A stretch of DNA of 64,000 bases, taken from positions 2,458,658 through 2,522,657 of the forward strand of contig CAJINV010000006.1 of assembly GCA_905178155.1 (NCBI GenBank). The letters run 5' to 3'. Made by a program: the position numbers and the translations under genes. Positions 1 through 10,400 of this stretch are shown here, one piece after another. The notes beneath the pieces are model-generated. The model was not told where the DNA came from and did no database searches. It saw only the letters and a program-made list of their open reading frames with translations. Within the stretch, counting starts at the first letter, position 1. Each line of letters starts with the position of its first letter. This DNA is from Amoebophrya sp. A120. Its lineage: Eukaryota > Protista > Dinoflagellata.

Positions 1-1509
1 CCCCGCAGCCATTGCCCGCTGCCGCTGCAGCGCTGCGTAGTGCGGGCCCAGCCCCGCACGGGACAGCCGCTGCGCTTTTTCATATTGGCTCACGGCGTTC
101 CAGTTCCTGTCAAAGTCCCTGCCCCGTGGCATCCTCCCAAGGAAGTTCCATCGGAGGTCCTCGAGCTCTTCACGGAGGCGCGGGGAAATTCCGTTGCCAA
201 GGAGGTCATCTTCCCGCCTGTTGACAAAAAGATCGCGCACAAACGTAAGAAGAGGGGAGCCTAGGGAGTCTATTCCCCCTGCGGCTTGGGTTGTTCCAGC
301 AGGCTGCATACTGCTGGATGCAATCGCCCCACGAAGGCCGGCTCGGTGCTGGAATAATTCGAAAGCATCGGCGTCAGAATGGTAGGCCTGCCTGGAGTGC
401 CCCCCGGAATTCGAGTAGACGTTGATAGAAGTAGGCCCAACAGCGCTGGCGCCTTCCCAATTTCGGCGCCTTCGCTCCAGCTGCAAACCCAGAAGATCGT
501 CGACGGAGCTGCCGGCGGAGGCGTCGTCGTTTCTGCCGGGAGTAAAAAAGGCATTCCAAAGGTCCCTCTGGTAGGTCCGCTGCGGTGCTCTTGCCCGCGC
601 GGCCCGAAAGTCGGCTTCGCTCCTGCGACTAACATCGCGCGCAGTCGCAGCAGCTCTGGAGGAGTTCAGTACAGGTCGTGGGGCCGTGGAAAGAATCGGC
701 ATCGGCTTTCCGCGGATCCCGCGCGAGTCGCGGCAAATGGGGCAACTTCTCTGTGTAGCCAACCACCTGCTGACGCAGTCCCGGTGAAAGATATGCTCTT
801 GCGTGGCCGTCGCGTCCACCTCGTTTTGGTTCTGCGGGTCAACGTGCGTGATAAAGACGCTATCCTCCTCCTTCATCGGCTGAAGACAAATCGCGCACGG
901 CTTCTCGCGGTCAAAGTGGTCCTCGTCTCGGGGAAGGTGCTCCTTGGGCTTGGCGCTGGCACTGCGCCCGCGCCTAGTACGACCTCCACGAGATTCGTGC
1001 GACGTTGTACTAGACGCCACGACTGGGCGGGAAAAAATACTGGAGCGACTTCAATATCCTCAGCAAAGCCGTCCCCTCCTCATAGTTTTAAGATGGGAAA
1101 TGTGCGTAGACAAATCTACCAGCTTTGTTTGCTCCGCATGACAAGTTTATTGGCCTCGTAGTACAATCCTCGATTTCGCTAGTTCAACAGCATGACAGAT
1201 CTAGTCTATTATCCTGATCGGAGCTGCGTCACTAATTCCGAAACACGACTAGAAAACGCTTCTCATGGGGCTCCGTATGAGAAACGCAAACATTTTCATT
1301 TATAGATTTAAGCATGCAGATTTGCATGACAACCATGGGGCGTTTATGTACAACTGGAAGAGACCAAAATAAAGCACATGGCAATTATGGGGTGGGGACG
1401 TTTTCACATAGGATAGACTTGAGGACGAAGAAGGCGCTGTAAAGGCACCACGACAAGCGGTCGATCCTACAAGGAGCAAAGAGGCAATCACGCGCCGCGA
1501 CGCCAACAT
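1..1509 (-). CDS. Signal-peptide-bearing RING-H2-like protein (3' end runs off the window; exons 1509-~1417 and ~1050-<1)
   Basis: Manual translation, not in the ORF track: MLASRRVIASLLLVGSTACRGAF..., then, after removing element 1055-1415, an open frame to position 1 containing CAICLQPM...QEHIFHRDCVSRWLATQRSCPICR (897-733). Confidence 0.8.
1055..1415. mobile_element. Introner family C
   Basis: TATCCTCAGCAAAGCCGTCCCC...GGGGACGTTTTCACATAGGATA; flanks gacttcaa/gacttgag; removal restores the frame. Confidence 0.8.
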
Positions 1510-1761
1510 TTTTTTTGTTAATTTTTTTCTTCGCAACAAAAACAAATAGAAAGTGCGACGTCGCAGTGCCTTCCTGTTCCTGACAAAAAATAAACTTGAA
1601 AAAATATTAAAACGCAGCTAGAAACTGGAGCAAAACAATACAGAGCCACGTCTTACGGCTATTAGTATTTGGTGGACGTCGTCGGAGGGCAACGTAGAAG
1701 CGCGAGCACTAAGCTATGCCTGTGCAGTTACTTACGTGAATTTGAAGATGTAGCCTTCGGC

Positions 1762-1903
1762 TGTAGAAGTTGTCGTGGTTCGCAAATATGAATCAAAGTC
1801 GTTTCTACCGTGTAGTTCTTGAGTGCTGCAGTGTAGAAGTTGTCGTGGTTCGCAAATATGAATCAAAGTCGTTTCTACCGTGTGGTTCTTGAGTGCTGCA
1901 GTG
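1762..1903. repeat. 70-bp tandem duplication (2 copies)
   Basis: tgtagaagttgtcgtggttcgcaaatatgaatcaaagtcgtttctaccgtgt(a/g)gttcttgagtgctgcag at 1762 and 1832. Confidence 0.9.
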
Positions 1904-2889
1904 CACAAGTCAAAACTTAGCGGGGGACTCTTGAGAGACAAAACAAAAGCTCAGGCTCTTTGAGAAGCGATGAATACAAGCTAAAAAAGCGACGCACTCG
2001 ATTGGGGGAAAGATATTACGCTCTAGTCTTGTTGGTGTTCTTGCTTTAGCTTTACTTCTTCGCGGTGCAAAGTAGCTGGAGTGTGATGTTGTTTATTATA
2101 TATTATTTTCATGCGCAGGTCGGTTTTTTTCTATTTGATTTTGACTGCGACGCGCTACAGCAAAAATTAAAATCGTGGTCAATGTCGTGCAATTATAGGC
2201 TTGATTCTGACATTGTTGCCACCTTGTAGCTTCATGCATAGTCTACAACATTCACGGAAAGTTTTTTTGCGCTTTGTGTTTATTCTTTCGGGTCGCCTCG
2301 ACCGATGCAAGTGCTACGAATACAAAACGCAAAAATAAAAAAAAAAATGAGGCGCACCATCTACTTCCAGATCATTTACCTTATGCGTCACCGATGAACA
2401 CTCTGCTTTTGGTTCTTTCACGACCACACTGATCCCAATTTTTACCGAACTGAACCTCGACGAGCATAGCATCGACCTTTTTTCAATTTTTTGTGCTCGT
2501 CATATTTCTCACGTTGACCCTGATCGTCTTTCTTACCGACTCATGACCGATGACCACGGGGTCTCGCCTGGGGCCCGTCTCTACTCTTATTTATTTGAAG
2601 TATGATAATAATTTCTTTTCCGATCGATAATTTGGCCACGCCTGCACATAAACCACTGCAAGTTTATGATTGCGTTTTCGTTTTCATGCTACAGCCTGAA
2701 GCTCTTGAGCCTGCCTATCCCTAGTATGGCTACCATAATATACTTACGACCGAGACAGAAGTAGATGCTGACCTTCCTAGAAAACAGACTGCGAATCATC
2801 TTTGTTTTTATAATCACAAATTCCGCTGATGTTCTTGTCGCTATCCGTTGCAAAAATAACGTCTCCGCGAGGACCCTCGACTGCTCCTG

Positions 2890-3385
2890 CGAGAGCTCCG
2901 ACGCTTGCGGCGCGCGAAAACGACAACTACTGTAGAGACGAGTTGTTCCGTACAGCGCCCCTGTTGATCATCTAGTACTCTGGACGCAAATGATCTTGAT
3001 CTTCTTCTACTTCTCTTGTACTTCTACTTGTTTGATTTCAGCATTGCTCTTGCTTCTGTAGTTATACATAGTTTAGAAAATCCACTCTAGTCGGAGGACA
3101 CTGAAGTTCTTCAATCCGTAGTGAAGTTTTTACTCGGCTCATGATATTAAGTTCCACCTTTTGCTTCTCATCAAAAATCCTCCGCATCCGCCAACACGCC
3201 CATGTCTATGGGAGCGCAAAAGAGCCTCCCCCTGCTTCTCCTCATTTGCAATGCTGTAACACGAGCAACAGGAATGAATCACTATCACACACTACTAAGT
3301 TTTGGCATGACAAATGATCGCCGGCACACGGATTTCAGTACTGCCTGGATTTCATCCGAAAGTTTTCATGCTTGCACAGAAAAGT
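2890..3385 (-). pseudogene. Orphan duplicate of the channel gene 3' end (last exon MGVLADAEDF*, downstream sequence, truncated family-H introner 3207-3384)
   Basis: Highly similar to ~3691-4152; the element is cut off before its second TIR. Confidence 0.75.
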
Positions 3386-3928
3386 TTTCATGCTCTGCTT
3401 TTGGTTCTTTCACGACCACACTGATCCCAATTCTTACCGAACTGCGTCGATTTATGATCGCAAAAGTTCTTGCAGCTTAGGGGATCTACTTCGCTAATTG
3501 ATTCTGCTGCTACATGGTCAAGAACTCGCTTGGCCCTTTCAAAGGATCTTTCTGTAGTTGGAAGATCTTCGAATTTAGACACGACTAGCGCGGCTCGTGG
3601 GGGAAGAAGATCTTCATCGCCTAGGTTTTTTTCCAGTAACTCGCACGTCAGTGGTAAGTACCTAGCGCTTTAATATTTCCGAAGTCGTCACGAGAGCTAC
3701 GACGCTTGCGGCGCGCGAGAATGGTGAAAACAGAGGCGATTTGCGTAGTAGTACGGTGTTCGTCCTAATGTTGATCTACTGCTCTCAATCTTCATCTACT
3801 TCTCTTGCATTGTTGCATTGCTCTTTCTTCTGTAGTTAAGAAATTCCACTGTAGTCGGAGGAGATAGAAGTCCAATCCGTAGTGAAGTTTTTACTCGGCT
3901 CATGATAAGGTCCACCTTTTGCTTTTCA

Positions 3929-6900
3929 TCAAAAATCCTCCACGTCCTCCGCCAACACGCCCATGTCTATGAGAGCGCAAAAGAACCTGCCCCTGCTTCT
4001 CCTCATTTGCAATGCTGTAACACGAGCAACAGGAATGAATCAGAATCACTATCACACACTAGTAAGTTTTGGCATGACAAATGATCGCCGGCACACGGAT
4101 TTCAGTACTGCCTGGATTTCATCCGAAAGTTTTCATGCTTGCACAGAAAAGTGCCAAAAGGCAAAGAACAGTCGAGACTTGGCATTTAGTTAATTTTACA
4201 TGACAAGTAAGGGAAGAAGCAGGGGGGAATTGTGCACGTCGACCCTCGTATTTCCGAGAAAACTTCCCGAATCCGTGATATCAAATGCAAAAGTGTCTGG
4301 GTCTGGGAGGATGGAATTTGTGATGCGTCCTGCGGGTCACGCAAAGAATCTGTGTTGCGTGATCACCAAAAGTTGTCCTTTTTTGACCAAAATGAGCTGG
4401 GGTTTCTCATGCAGGATAGGCATGATAGAGACATCGCAGAATCTGTCATGCTAGGTCCTGCATTCCAGACTTCACGGGGCATGGAAAATATGCATGACAA
4501 GTTCGCATCCTTCCAGACCCAGACACTTTTGCATTTCATACGTGAATTCCTTTGTCAAATCTATTCTCCAAACGTTCCCGGGCTCCGGGCGGATTATGCA
4601 TCGCGAAAGTACTATCGGAGTCGTAGTATTCACTGCATTGCTTTGCAATACAAATTACCGCAGCATGACAGATGGATTCTGTCATGCAGATTTAGCTTGG
4701 AAAAGAGATTTGTCTTGCATGACTGCGAAGATTAGTACGAGCGCGATACTTTTGCACTGGATACGTATCGCCTTGTGCTTAAATTCCTTTCCCTCGCTCC
4801 ACGGTCGCAGTGCTCCCACTTTCGCGCCTTTCAGCTGTTTCCCCTGGACCCAGGCGGTGCGGAACCGCTTCTATGCACTGCCAATTATATGTCTGGGCCT
4901 GGAAACTTGTGATGCAAGGAAGGCGAAGGGAAGAGTGAGGACTCTGTAATGCGCTGCACAGCATAACAAGTTTTTCCGTGATTCTCAGTTGCATACTCCG
5001 CATGAGAAACAGCATTTTTGCATCACAGCGGAGAGGAGCTCTTCGCGGCCACACAATACAGATTTCACAATCGTACCAGACTAGCATGGCAAATATCGCA
5101 ATCTCTCAGAGGACCCGGACATATTTGCATTTGATAGCTTCAGGAAGGAGTAGATGATCAGATAAACCAGAATGACGACGCACTATGCAATGCAAAAGCA
5201 TCCTACTCGTAGTAATTCTTGCAGTCATCCATTACAAATCTTTTTCTTGAGGTAAATCCGCACTACAAATTTCCTTTCTCATGCGGAGTAAATTTGTAAT
5301 GCATTTGATATACGAGTACGATACTTTTGCAAGGCATACGCAGGTCACCATGTCGATTATCGTCGCGATTTGGAAATCAAACCGCGCCATCCTGGTTTGC
5401 ACGACGCGCGCCATCTCAAAGTCAACCGAAGAGGCAGCTCCCTCCTGCGCCGCTTCTCGGGCGATTCGGTAGGAGAAGCCCTGGCCTGTCGCGGCGATCA
5501 TCAGAGAAACGACGACGTGGGACACAACATCATCCAGCACCGTGTTGAACGGAAGTCTCGGCAATCTCTCCAGCGTGACCCACTGGATCGCGAAGCTGGT
5601 TAAGAACAGCGCGAACAGCATTTGTAAGCGCCCGACCAATATGAAATGCAAAAGCATCGTACTAGTATAAATCGCATGACAAATTTCCTCAGCATGAGAA
5701 ATAAAATTTGTGATGCGGATTTATCTTGAGAAAGAAATTTGTAATGCATGAATGCGATTAGTACGAATACGATACTTTTGCACAGGATAACCAAGTCAAT
5801 CGGTTCGGTGAGAAAAGTGATGAGGCTGAAAAAGGCGCAGAGGTATGGATGTGGCAGAATTGAAATAGACGAAATCGAAAAATTTGTGATGCATAAAATC
5901 GATACCAGTTGGAGCCTCAGTTTCCAAGCGGCGCATGACAAATTTCGGGAGGACCGAAGTCCGGTCTGTCATGCTGTTTGGACAAAGAAGACTGCTCCTG
6001 TCATGCTATTCTGGCTGCTCATTGCATACTTACCCCTAAACAGGTTTACAATCGGTCTCATTTGCGTGCTCCCCAATGCAGGCCTTCAGTGCCCTACATT
6101 TTATGCATCACAAGTTTTTCGATTTTGTCGATTTCGATCCTGACACATCCATAAGAGGTAGAGTGGGAGTATCCCCTTCTGCAAGTAAAACCCCGGAGTC
6201 CGTTTCAAGTGCACCGAAAACATGAGATATGAAGAAATCACACAACTCTTCCTAGACTGCCTCATACTTGAAAGAGCATAAGCAGCAACAGAAACGGTGG
6301 CAGAAATGTAGCTTCTGCAGGGCAAGTCCGCAACATTTTTTACGTAGTACTAGCTCCTGTCTACTGCTTAAGTTCATCTGCAGGGATTTGCCATGCAAGG
6401 TAGCTCTAAGGCGCATAACGTTACGTCAGGAATTGCGTTTTTGCATGACAAATGAGGCGGAGGAGGAGCTGGTGTGCACCGTCTCGTATCAAACCCGGTT
6501 TCACTACCGGTTTCTCGGCCGACCAGTTTCCGCACAACCGGCCTTCGCCGTAACTCACGCGGAATAACTCGTAATCTCCACTGTGCTTCACACAATTCCA
6601 CTGAAATTGCTGCCACTTGCCGCTGTACCCATCTTGCAGCTTCCGGGGCAGGTTGGGGCGCTAGATATCCTTTGCAAAATAAATATCGCACTCGTAGTAC
6701 TTAATTGCAGGTCTGAATGTTAACAGATCTCCTTTCCAAAGTATCGAAACAGAATGACAAATTCGATTTGTCATGCTGAGAAATAAATTTGTCATGCAAT
6801 CTATAAAATATAACCAGTACGATACTTTTGCAATGCATACTGGAATGACATCTGCAGATCGGTGAACAGCTCACTGCGGCTCGCTGAAAGAAACACCGAC

Positions 6901-9495
6901 ACGTCTATCCGGACGGAATCGAAGGGAAAAGCCCGCATGCGATCGAGCTCCGCCCCGAGATTCACGCCCTCACTATCAAATGCAAAAATGTCTGGGTCTG
7001 GAAGAATGCAACTTGTAATGCGTATTTCAGCACACACAACAGTTTCTTATGCATACGTAGCAAAAGTTGCCCATTTTCTGTCAGCTAAATAGGGGACTTG
7101 TCATGCGGATTCGGCATTGCGGAAGCTTCTCGAAACCTGTGATGCTAGAGCTTCCATGCCAGACCTTCTGTGTCATGCAAAAACAGCATGACTCTTCCAG
7201 ACCCAGACATTTTTACATTTGATACTCACCGGAGAAAAACATTTTGCAGTCCATCCGCAGCTTGCCGTCCCTTCTGTCGTTGCTGTAGTGTCGCGGAACT
7301 TCCTGGTATTTTTCCGCTTTTTCCATGTTTACACCGTAACTCGCGATAATTTCCGGTCGCCAAATTTCCTCCGGGATTTTCTTCCCCTTGGGAAAGTCTT
7401 TCACACGACAGTTATCAAATGCAAAAATGTCTGGAAGATCAGAATAATGCACATTTTGCATGACCCATGATGGCTGTAATGCATGACCTAGCATCACAGA
7501 TTTTGACTTTGTGAGGCCCAGGGCTTCCTGATCATCTTCATCATGCCTATACCGCATGAGGAATACCCGCTCTGCGTAGCAAAAACTGGACTCCTCTTGC
7601 TGCTTACGCAATACAGTTTTTTTTAGGACCCAAAGACAGCATGACAAGTTGCATCCTTCCAGTGGTCCAGACAACATATTTGCATTGCATAGTAGTCAAA
7701 CCAGTGCAGCTCCAGATACGCTTCCATCTTGCAAAACTCGTGGTCGTATCCAATGCAAATATGTCTGGTGTTTTGTCTGGAGACAAGACCTTGGCACAGG
7801 ACAGTGATTTGTTTCTCCAGTTTTTGTTCCAAGCTCCACCAACCCAAGTAAGGAATGCAAGGCCTAGCGTCACAGGTTCTGCTTCTCCTTCTGCAGCCAT
7901 TTGGTCGTGGCGCCTATTCTGCATGGGAAATGCCCTCTGAGCATGGCCAGATGAAGTGGGCGCCTTTTCCTGCAGGTCATGCAACATCACAGATTTTTGG
8001 ATGATCCGCAACACGCATCACAGGTTCGAACCCTTCCAGACATCCAGCGATATTTGTTGCATTTGATACGTCATTGGACTTCGCGATCGACCACTCTTTT
8101 ACTCGGAAAACGCACTCGATTTCCGTCGGATACTTTTCCGACAGGTCTTCCGGGTTCAACAACGCAGGTCTGGTATCCTAAGCAAAAACGTCCCGACCCC
8201 GTAGTCAAGTTGGGAACTCTGCAACACAAATTCAGAAGTTTTACGAGCCACGCATCACAAGTTTTTCTCCGTATTGTAGTGCAGGTTAGTTGTAAGGGCG
8301 GCCACATCACAAGTCCATCTTCTTATCCTGTTTACAGCATCACAAATTCTGCAGCACGAGTAAAAATGCTCTCTTCATAGGGATGCGCATTTACAAATCT
8401 TTCTGTAACTGCAAATCTGCATGACAACTATCAAGTGTCGAGTAGGCCAATTTCCCAACGACCCTTCTGTGCTATGATTGCAATACAAGAAAAAAAAAAT
8501 GGCTGTCGAATCTGGAGCGAGTGCTGAATTGTCGCCCTGCATCGTGGCACGCCCACGGGTCATTAGAACTTCCACGGCTGCAGTGTAGAGCTCCTCGCTG
8601 TTCGCTGGATAAGCGGCTGCTCCAGTTGGGCCCCCTGGCACCCTAATCCTACTGCGGCCGCGCCCCCGCCTGCTGCGCGCAGTCAGGGTCGCAGAGAATC
8701 GGCTTAATGCCCACTCGTTGCTATGCGTACTATGCGTGCTATGCTTGCTATGTTTGCTGTGTCGGGGGTGCCACAGCACACATAGCACACAATTTTGGCC
8801 CGCGCACGGTGCTGTGCGTGCTATGCGTGCTGTGCGTGCTATGCGTGCTATCGTTGCTGTGGGCCGCTCGCTAATGCGACCACAGCAACGAGTGGCTCGG
8901 CCCTGCACCCCCCAGCAACGGCTCCAGGGAATGCCGCCGGAGCGCTGGGCCAAGTGCGAATGGTGTGGCGCGGGCCGCCGCAACGCGGCCGCCAACGGAA
9001 ATACCTAGCGCGCCTGCCTCAGGTGGTGGGCGGCTTTGCTTCTGGTTACCATCCGAATCGCCCGGCACAATCTGCGCCGGCTCTTTTTTCTTTTTGTGAA
9101 TGCGATCATAGTGATTTAGGGTCGTTGGGGATTGACCTACATAACAAGTGGGGACGTTTGTACAGAGGATATCTGGTCGTGAAGTCTATGGTATCGTACA
9201 TATCGTCCACACTGTGCTGGTAGGTGCTCGCCACGTCCGACAAGGCTGCTGCACTGGATAATTGCGGCTCGTTCTGAGCTGCTCCTCCTCCTCTTGGCGT
9301 TATTTGCTTCTCTTTCTCCAGCAAAAACTCTTCCCATTCCTTCGGCGGCACCCCGTTTTGGGGCGGCAATGGCTTCACGAGGCTCCAGTCGAAGCTGTTT
9401 TGCAGGCGGGAGGGGGTCGTCGCTTTTTCCAGGTCCTCCGGGGCAACGACGGCCGACAGAGACGCGGACAGGGAGTCTTGGGATTTCGAACGCAT
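3929..9495 (-). CDS. Pentameric ligand-gated ion channel (Cys-less, Pro-loop type), paralog 1; 14 exons, 13 introners
   Basis: Spliced product has WRPEI, RAFPFDSVRI, LKRTPGFYLQKGILPLYL (M1), GRLQMLFALFLTSFAIQWV (M2), LPRLPFNTVLD (M2-M3) and is colinear with paralog 2. Confidence 0.88.
3968..4250. mobile_element. Introner family H (degenerate)
   Basis: TATGAGAGCGC...GGGGAATTGTGCAC...CGTA; DR atgtc/tttcc degraded; removing element plus 5 nt gives FLGMGV as in the paralog. Confidence 0.75.
4279..4540. mobile_element. Introner family A
   Basis: TIR TATCAAATGCAAAAGTGTCTGGGTCTGG; DR cgtga/cgtga. Confidence 0.92.
4595..4763. mobile_element. Introner family B
   Basis: Ends ...CGATACTTTTGCACTGGATA; DR cggat/cgtat. 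Confidence 0.85.
4872..5136. mobile_element. Introner family A
   Basis: A-type TIRs; DR gcttc/gcttc. Confidence 0.88.
5184..5338. mobile_element. Introner family B
   Basis: B-type TIRs; DR cgcac/cgcag. Confidence 0.9.
5640..5789. mobile_element. Introner family B
   Basis: TATGAAATGCAAAAGCATCGTACT...GATACTTTTGCACAGGATA; DR accaa/accaa. Confidence 0.92.
5844..6153. mobile_element. Introner family E
   Basis: TATGGATGTGGCAGAATTGAAAT...ATTTCGATCCTGACACATCCATA; DR agagg/agagg. Confidence 0.9.
6228..6488. mobile_element. Introner family H (degenerate)
   Basis: H-like ends; DR tgaga/tcaaa; removal gives KPGLMF (paralog KPALMF). Confidence 0.78.
6666..6839. mobile_element. Introner family B
   Basis: B-type TIRs; DR ctaga/ctgga. 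Confidence 0.88.
6974..7224. mobile_element. Introner family A
   Basis: A TIRs; DR ctcac/ctcac; very similar to 46722-46973. Confidence 0.93.
7413..7691. mobile_element. Introner family A
   Basis: A TIRs; DR acagt/gtagt. Confidence 0.87.
7747..8068. mobile_element. Introner family A
   Basis: A-like TIRs; DR ggtcg/cgtca. Confidence 0.85.
8174..9171. mobile_element. Introner family C carrying a nested element
   Basis: TATCCTAAGCAAAAACGTCCCG...GGGGACGTTTGTACAGAGGATA; DR tctgg/tctgg. Confidence 0.88.
8442..9140. mobile_element. Nested non-autonomous TIR element (GTAGG...CCTAC, ~60-bp imperfect TIRs)
   Basis: gtaggccaatttcccaacgaccct...ctatgattgca versus tgcgatcatag...agggtcgttggggattgacctac; internal 9-bp gctatgcgt tandem repeats at ~8720-8850. 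Confidence 0.8.
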
Positions 9496-10400
9496 AGTCA
9501 GTTATTACATACAGTTTGATATAAAGAGCACTTCTTCATCTAATTAATGTTCTTTGCACTCGAGCTCGAGCCTCTACTTACGTCGTTGTGAAGGCAGAAG
9601 GCAGGGGCAGGAAAATCATGAATGGGGTCGCTCGTTGGGAGGGTTGATCCTCACTGGCCCTGTACGGGACGAAGGGGGTCACCGACCCGTCGTTTTGGGC
9701 GGCGGGGGGTGAAGCGAACGCGAGATCCAGGCTGTTAAGTGCTCGCACTTCCAGATCGGATCCAACGAGTGTTGTAGTTCCAAATGAATTTCAAGATCGA
9801 TGTAGATGATCCTGATCATACATGATTTCTTCAGGTTGTTGAAAAGAACAATTACGTGGCCGCAAAGGACCGCGTCCTGCGGAAAGATGAGGATCGCCGA
9901 TAGTGGAGCAGCACCAAACATTCGTTCACAACCAAAAGATAAAGCACCGGTACACGTACACCCTGAAACATTCAACACAAAAAAAAAAGCGACGGTCATG
10001 AGGCTTACATGCTAAAGCCACTCGTTTCATCGGTCCGAACAGAAATAAGTAAGTAATCTTCCCCAATGCAGCACTTGAGTTGCAGAGCAAGGAAGAATCA
10101 TCCCTTGCTGCACATGATCGCCAATCGTCGTTATCAAAAAGATGAAATCGTCTCAGATGACATCTTGCATTTTTTTTGATTAGAAAGAAACCGTTTTGGC
10201 CACTACGTGAGGAAACAATCATACAGTGCACTAAGGGAATCAAAGTCAAGACCTCCCTGCTTTGCAAGCCTCCGCCCCCGACCGAGCACAGTTTTTTGAC
10301 AGCAAGAAACCTTCTTTTTTCATTTGGATCAGACACAGCGGCCGACTCGTCGTCGGTCGCGTTCCGCAGCCGACCTTTCTTTGTTCCTCGAATAATTATT

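Noticed and set aside
379-1161. 260-aa plus-strand ORF
   Set aside because: Shadow of the minus-strand RING-like gene.
4279-7224. Elements as ciliate-type internal eliminated sequences removed at the DNA level
   Set aside because: The TA is part of the TIR and is not retained, coding uses the standard genetic code, and the fixed N-TAT register and GT-AG intermediates fit RNA splicing better. DNA excision cannot be formally excluded without reads.
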